Source of the DNA: the human T2T-CHM13v2.0 reference genome, Homo sapiens | Assembly (NCBI RefSeq): GCF_009914755.1 | Contig: NC_060940.1 | Direction: 5' to 3' (one strand) | DNA: 64,000 nt | Shown: piece by piece, positions 54,751 to 64,000 of the stretch | Position numbering within the stretch: the stretch's first letter is position 1 | Layout: each line of letters starts with the position of its first letter | The notes under the pieces: model-generated | The model's input: only the letters and a program-made list of their open reading frames with translations | Database searches by the model: none | Told to the model about the DNA's origin: nothing | Position numbers and translations under genes: made by a program

Positions 54751-57700
54751 CAGCAAAGCAAATATTTACTTCAACACCAGATGTGAATGAGTGGATGGAT
54801 TTATGGATGAATGAAATGTACGGATAGAGTCATTTGTATAAGTCTAAGCAAAACAATTATTAGTGAAAAGCACCAAGTGTTCTAAGAAGGCAAGGGAAAG
54901 AACAATTAAATCTGACTGAGGAGATTTGAGAAGTCAACATAAAAGAGTTAGCATGAGTGCTGCAGATAATAGGATGTTGTATAAAAAGAGGAGAATAGCA
55001 GTATAGTGACAGGACAGCAAGAGCAATGACTTGAGATATTAAATGGCCTGTCAAGATCAGACAGAGATAAAGAGTGAGATTCAGCTGGACCAGAGGGGCA
55101 AAGATGGAAGTAGTAGAAGGTGCATTTAAAGAGATCTGAGGAAGGCTAGCATCGCAGTGCTTGGCGTGATGTGCGAACATGCTTCACGTAGATCCGCTGT
55201 GGTGCACAGCTGGAGGGTTGCTATGCTTAGATAATATGATTGAACAAAATCTGTGAGCAAACAACTCTTTAAAAAAAAGGGAAATTCCTTGTAACCATCA
55301 GTCACTGACTATTTATTGATAAAATTAAGAGAATCTGTCACATATAATATATACTTTTAAAGATTTTGGTACTACCTTACCATAATTACAATTACTATTT
55401 CCATCAAGAGGGAAATATGAGATTTTCAAACACTTATTTAGCTGCTTATTTAGCATAATAGTATACTTTGTGAGAGCTAATTCTGGCTTTGTAATGTGAC
55501 ATATCTCTTGTATTTAAATATTTTATATACTAAATATATGTTAAGATATTTAAATATATATATCAAATAAATTAATAAGTTGAATATTTTAGTAACTGAA
55601 ATGATCCCAGGAGTTTCCTAAATACTTTATTTTTTTCATTTTCTTGTTTTTAAGATGAAAGCACTAAAACACAAGTAAACCATGCAACCATTAATAAGTT
55701 CCATAAATTGAGATCATTTAAAAATAGTTTTTCTTCCACTATCCACTTTTATTCTGACTTAGACCAAGCCAAACTAAACATTCATCTATTTCCTGTGATT
55801 GGAACTTCATGGAATGTACTTAATATGGCAAACAACATATATGAATTGTTTATGCATTGCCTTTAGTCTGAAATGATCTTAAATAAAGTTGAATTAAAAT
55901 TAAAATTAAACTGGTTGAGTATTTACTGTATTGGGAACTGTGCCTTACACATGCCAGCCTTTTTTTTAGGTTCATAGAATTACAGATATTGTGGCTTTGA
56001 ATTCTTGCAAGAATCTTACAATGTAAGTATTCCCAAGTATTTTTTTATGTAAGAAGAGATGAGGTTAAAAAAAAAAAATCTCACAGGGCAATAAACTTCA
56101 GAGTCTGGATTCTGTTCCTAGTTTATCTAATGCTGATGACTTTGCTCTAAACTGCTGTGTAATATGGGTGTCCTTAAAGACCAGCTCAAAAGGTAACCTT
56201 GTTGAGCTACTGAGCTACTTCAACCTCCTCCTTGTGAATAAAAAGTAATCCTTTCTTCTTTTGGTGGAAGAATAGTCAAGAAAATAAGGTCTAGAAGTAA
56301 TACCTAAACATTTGCATTCTAGTTTTTCTCATTATCATTCATATAAGCTAAGAGCATCATGACTTAGGATTTGGGGATAGTACAAGCATCCTTTATCTTC
56401 ATGTAGACTGTCTGATTTATTTGGTCAAACTTTGACTTCGCACCCACTTCACTTCTGTGGTGAATGCAATTACAATATTCTGCAGTTTTATTATTTTTAT
56501 TTTATTTTTCTTTTCTTTCTCAAAAGGGGTTGCAGGTGTATAGCTGATGTGTGTGTGAGAGAGAGATTATATATCTATGTAAGCTAAATAAAATGTAATT
56601 TACATTATATACATATATATCTATACAATTTACTAACCTAGCTTACTTTATTTATTTTTACTCTTCATTACTATTCAACATGACATCTAGACTTTTACCA
56701 TTGATAATAATTCCGTGATCAGTGATTCTTCGAGAATTTACTAGAATTGCATAGTATTTTAAAATTAAAATAAAGAGAAATGGGTACACCTAACTCTTCT
56801 CAAAAAAAAGTCATCCTTAAAATTGCCACTACATTCTTCCTAATGAAATCTGTGAGGCTTGATTATTAGAAAAATATTCAAAACAAAATTTTTAAATGAC
56901 TAATGCAATTGCTAAATTGATTAATCAAATAAAGCCAACAATTAAAATATATTTGCATTATTCTTTACATTATATACAATGTACATATTCATCTGCTGCC
57001 AAGATACTATTATGATTGTCTTCACATTGTTTTTTACTTACCTGAGAGTCTGTTTTTCTGTTTTTCCTGAGTTTATTTCATGCAATTGGTGGGGGAGGAA
57101 AGTAGTGTTACTTACTCATCAGACTACAACACTGACAAAACAGACCTTGGGTGGAATGGTTCTTTCGCTACCTTCACAGAGTGAGCTTAAGGGAACACAG
57201 GAGTATTAAAGAGAGAATGGGGTAGGGAGAAAAGTGAGATAAAATTATGCATCAAGGAAACCAACTAAAAAATGAGAGTAAGCATGTGACAGAAGGTTTT
57301 ATTAATGTTCTGTTATTGCTACTGCTACTGTTATTGTTGTTCTTCATATCTTTTAACTTCTCTGAAAATCAAACATACAAATTTCTTAAGATTTTTATAT
57401 TAGCAAGAATCCTACCATCCAGGGAAATAAGTATTCTAAGCATTTGAGACCACTTGAGGGCACTGTGGCATTGCATTTTGGTAAAGTGACCTTTTAAGAG
57501 TCAACTCAGGGAACATAATCTAGCTTTTCAAAACCCAGAATAAGCACACACAGGTACTCTGGGGTAATGTCTCTACAGGTGGATAGGCATAGCTCTGTGG
57601 ACATATAAATCAGTTAGTGCCCCACTGAGGCAGCTCCGGACCCGATTGCTTTCCACATCTGGCCGTCCCTGTATGTTTTGGATATTTGCTTTACTGGTTG

Positions 57701-59294
57701 CTCAGGCTGAGCTATCCTATTATAATTTTCCAATTGCAGTGATAATGGATCATTCTTGGCATTTCCCACTCATTAGATGGATTAATTTAGGGGCATTTTC
57801 TGTCCTTGGTATAATCATTGAGAAGGGAATGAGAATAGCTGCTGCATTGGATGAATTACAGCACAGGGTCCAGAACTTAGATGTGAAAAAAGAAAGGGAG
57901 AAATTGAGGATGGAAAGAGAGGTGAAAAGGGGGTTGGTGAGTGAGTGCGTTCCTGAGGCTTAGCTGGGCAAAGGAAAACGTCTCAGCTTGCTGACTGGGA
58001 TCAGAACCAGTGGTAGGTCACAACAGAATACAGTGCTAACATTGGAAAAAGTTTAAATGTATGCTAATAGAGCTCCATCCTTTCATACAGTAACTTTCCT
58101 TTTCATTAAAAATACACTGACTACAATAAAAAGCATGGAGCTCTTTTACTTGCCATTTGCATTTTTTTACATTTATAATTCTTGTAATACAAGAAATATC
58201 AAAGACACCTTGAGTTTTAGTCCTGTTTCTCAAATACCCTGTATCAGTAACTTTGTTTGATAAACATGTTTTGAACAACTACGCTATGCTCAGCATTGTG
58301 ACTGGAATGAGAAATACAGAAAATCCTAAGAGCTCCTCCTACCCTTAATCAGGACACTTTATGAATAAATTGGAATGCATTTTTAAACAAATGAAACAGT
58401 AGTACAAAATGAATTGGCTTCTTATGATCTCAGATTCTTATCTTCTAATGGTATTTAAAAGCTGTAAAATTCTGATTCAACATCTTCTTGTCTTGAGTAA
58501 CGGGAGCTTGAGAATGAAAAAAGCAGCCTCCAACTCCACCCATTTGATTAATTAAAATTGCCAACAACCTTGAGAGAGTCCCCTGTGGCACAGATGAAAT
58601 AGTGAGCATAGCTTCAGTTTTTGACATATATGTGTTGAAAAATCAGAAGGAATCTTGTTACCAGAGAAAAAGAAAAGCCATAGTAGGGAGTGTGACAGAG
58701 TTAAAATAAAAAAGAAGGTGGGAAAGAATGGCTTTTTAAATATTTATAAATGGCAAAGAACATTTAATACAGCTTCACATAAATGTGGGATCATGAAGCC
58801 TTTGATGGGTCTATAACATGGCTCTGTATCTCATAAAACATGGAAGATGAAACTTATAAAGATTTAGAAGACAGTCTCAGAATGTCATTAATGAATGATG
58901 AGAAAGAAAATACAAAGGAGGAAGCTGGATACACGGACTTGTACTGACACCTTTGATAAAAGGTACTTTCTGCTTCAAATAAGAGGGCATTATAATTTAC
59001 AACGAATAAGAATGAACAATTCTGTGATCGATAAGAAAAGGTAATAGGAAATGGTGGCTAAACGAAAAACTGAGCTAGTTAAGTGAAAATCTAAAAAGAA
59101 TTATTTGAAATGATATAAATAAGCCAAGCTGAAAGGAAAATTTCTGAACAAGGTAAGAAAGTGATTTTCTAAAAATATGTATGTATTTTTGGAAGCCTCC
59201 TCAGCAGGTAGCCAGCACCCTGTCTATGGTAGTGCCAAATAGAAACTAGACAACCATTTGAGGGGATGTGGTACAAAGAATTTTAAAGTCACCT

Positions 59295-59770
59295 ATGAAG
59301 GCTGTCATGTCCCAAGATCTACAGACATCAAGATGGAGGCCCCAGAGAGCTAATGATATAGTCCCAGTCCAAGTCCAAAAACCTGAGAGCCAAGAAAGCC
59401 AGCAGTCTAAGTTCCAGTCTGAAATCTGGCAGGCTAGAGACCTAAGAAGAGCTGATATTTCTGTTGGAGTGAAGGCAGGAAAAGACCAGTGTCCCAGCTG
59501 AAAGCAGGTAGGCAGGAAGAGCCTCTTCTTACTCACAGGAAGATCAGCCTTCTTGTGCTATTCAGGCCTTGAACTGATTGGGTGAGGGTTCCCCACATCA
59601 AGAAGGAAAATCTCTTCTAGTCATTCTACCAATTCAGTGTTGATCTCATCCAAAAACACCATCACAGTCATACCCATAATAATATTTGGCCAAATATTTG
59701 AGCATAATGTTGCCCATTCGAGTTTGAGCAAATATCTGGGCACATTGTGGCCCAGTGAAATTGACATTAG
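59295..59770 (-). mobile_element. MLT2 (ERVL) LTR, partial
   Basis: gtcccaagatctacag...ctattcaggccttgaactgattgggtgaggg...caaatatctgggcacattgtggcccagtgaaattgaca. Confidence 0.85.
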
Positions 59771-60369
59771 CAAGATATACTACATAGAAACATGGAGAGA
59801 TGTTGACTAATGACGTTGTCAAAAAACAGTATCAGAATTAAAGGCAGGGCAAACACTACGATGTTAAAGGTCAGAAAAAAAATCACATATGGTAAGCATG
59901 GTTTACATGAAGGAGGTACACATTTCATGTATGTTGATTCATTTACTTTATTTTAGTTAATTTGATTTGTCTGAATGTTGTCATTCCTCAAAACCTGCAG
60001 GCCCTAAGTCAAGGCTGCCTTCTCTTTGGAACTTCCTGATCAATTCTTACACAACTTATAATTAGGTGATCTGATATTCTAGAAACTCCACAATTGAAAA
60101 ACTAATCTTGTGCCCTAATGGAAGGGATCTTATACTGTTACTCATTGCAACCATTGCTGTCAAATTCCAAGATGTTCAACCTTCAGTTTGCTTTGCAACT
60201 AAAGAAATACAAGAGCTAGTCAAATTGTAGAAGTATTCAAACTGGAGAATTCAAACTGAGGTTTTTTCCAGAGACCTCAGAATTAGATGACAGCCACAAG
60301 CAGACAGCTACCCCAAGAACCTCAGAACAACTGGATGATGTCACAAGGTGACATCCAGAGCAAAACACC

Positions 60370-62329
<1,960 letters not shown>

Positions 62330-62419
62330 ACGAACAAAAGGTGACTGAATGAGAAACAGACTCATATTATTCAGAAAAAAAAGAATACATTTTCTTCCAT
62401 TGAGCAAGAAGGGGGATTC

Positions 62420-62851
62420 TGTCAAAAATTCTTTGCTTGACCTAAATTTATTTAGGCTTCTAAATTTTCTCTAAGGCTCATTTGTACACGTTCTTGTAAA
62501 ATTCAGTATAGCAAATAACCTTGCTACCATGAACCTCTGCCTTTGGTACATGATAACCCTCACACCTGATAAAATCTTCCCACCCTTGGTATCTGATCAC
62601 GCTAGCCTGCCTTCAGCAGGAATCCTATTTGGTTGGTTTAGCAAGAATTTCCACTGGATTTAATATTTGTTCTTTGTAATTTTTCATCCACCAACTCCTC
62701 TGCTTCTGAACTATAAATCCCCAGTTGTTTCTGCTATACTTGGCATGGAGGCCAGTTCTGTGCTGGGGTCTCTCTGTCCCTATGACAATAGTCAAAAATA
62801 AAATGGGTTTACTCCACTTTAACTTCTGTCCAACACTGATTTTCTTTGACA
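62420..62851 (+). mobile_element. 3' LTR of the provirus (MER67/MER31-like, ERV1)
   Basis: Terminal inverted repeats TGTCAAA...TTTGACA, TATAAA at 62712-62717, AATAAA at 62797-62802, preceded by the polypurine tract. Confidence 0.85.
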
Positions 62852-64000
62852 CAATCCAGTTCAACTATCGATCTCCAGAATTAGCAGTCATCTTTCTATG
62901 ATGAATGAAATGTTTTCTAGTATTTTGACAGATGGTATTTATTAAATAATTCTTTCTTTATGGAATAATTTAGATTATTGTCTTTTTTCTTGTATTATTC
63001 ATAATGCTGCATGAAGCAATTCATTAATGTAGTTTCTGCTTCTGTTGAAATATATATTTAAGATAAATGAAAATAGTGAAATAACTTGATGGATGGTTAG
63101 AAACATCATTATAGTTCTTGCTACAAACTACAATATTGCTTTACAAAGGAATGTAATAGTTTAAATGCTACAGCCAGTAAATGAATGTACCAGTCTGTCA
63201 CATCACCAATATTGGGTGACATTTTGAAATAACTATTTTTTTAGGTATGAGACAATGCAACTCTGTAATTTCAGTTATTATTGCTGCTATAGATGCATAT
63301 TTTCTTGCTGTAGTTCTTTTTATGGAATATCTTAAGATTTATACATTTATATAGAAAAGAAAATCAATTAAAGAATAAATAACAATGTGAGGCAAATTAT
63401 GGTTAACACAAACAAGATAACTACAATAAAGAGCAAAGTAGAGATATAACAAATTAGGCAATATAATTTGTCAAGGAGGTGAAAAATCTTTTCTTGGCAT
63501 GGCATTTAGCATAAAGTTGGCCAAAATAAGTAGTATAAATTTGTTCTATAAAATTTTGTTATTAATTTCAAACTTTCACAGAATGAATTGTTTTAATATT
63601 GCCTTTATAATTTATGTAGTTAATTTCATTTTTTAGCACAATCCGTCACATTTATGACAATTGAGAATGAAGGAATTATATTTGGGCAGTGGTAGCAGCA
63701 GTGAGTCATCATAATGCATTGAGATAAGTTCTGACCTGGAAATAGCACATTTGACCCATATTATTTTTCTCCTGCCCTCAGATGATACCTAAGCAGTGAG
63801 CAAGTGGTTTGAAATTAGGTTGAACGTTGGCATAGGGCATGATAAAGTTAGCTGTGTTAGGTTTGGATGAGCAGTTGTAATATCATGTAGAAGAATCTTA
63901 AACCTATGTGGAAAGCCCTGCTCTAACTACTATGCATGCCTCTAAGAGATTCAGATGTGATACTGTGTTTGAAAGTAAAGCACTATATCATAAGAACATA

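Noticed and set aside
55165-55258. C/D-box snoRNA (GTGATGT ... CTGTGA)
   Set aside because: Neither a canonical C box (RTGATGA) nor a terminal D box (CTGA) with a closing stem.
57615-57635. CTCF-like TAGTGCCCCACTGAGG
   Set aside because: Mismatches the highly conserved core positions (CCCCCT).

Overview
AT-rich primate genomic DNA, almost certainly human given the AluYa-type diagnostic bases at 4590-4890. It reads as intergenic or deep-intronic. I found no supportable cellular protein-coding exon, tRNA, rRNA or CpG island. Every ORF in the track with recognisable homology is a transposon remnant (Alu read-through, L1 ORF2, Hsmar1 and Tigger4 transposases). Much of the window is fossil mobile DNA: eight Alus, two 5'-inverted L1PA copies, several old L1M copies, a near-full-length Hsmar1 mariner, a near-full-length Tigger4 in a four-level nest, and several LTRs (MER50-like, LTR18, LTR32/47-like, MLT1, MLT2, THE1). 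It also holds the 3' half of an ERV1 provirus with a decayed env that the ORF track misses. The most notable observations are retrotransposition by-products: a tailless 31-nt U2 snRNA retrocopy with a target-site duplication (TSD), a polyadenylated LTR R-region fragment inside an L1, an Alu/L1 junction without TSDs, a 63-bp flank duplication inside an Alu tail, and an orphan poly(A) behind a hairpin. I see no evidence for a previously undescribed biological system. Family names come from remembered consensus sequences and need RepeatMasker/Dfam confirmation; boundaries of old elements are approximate.
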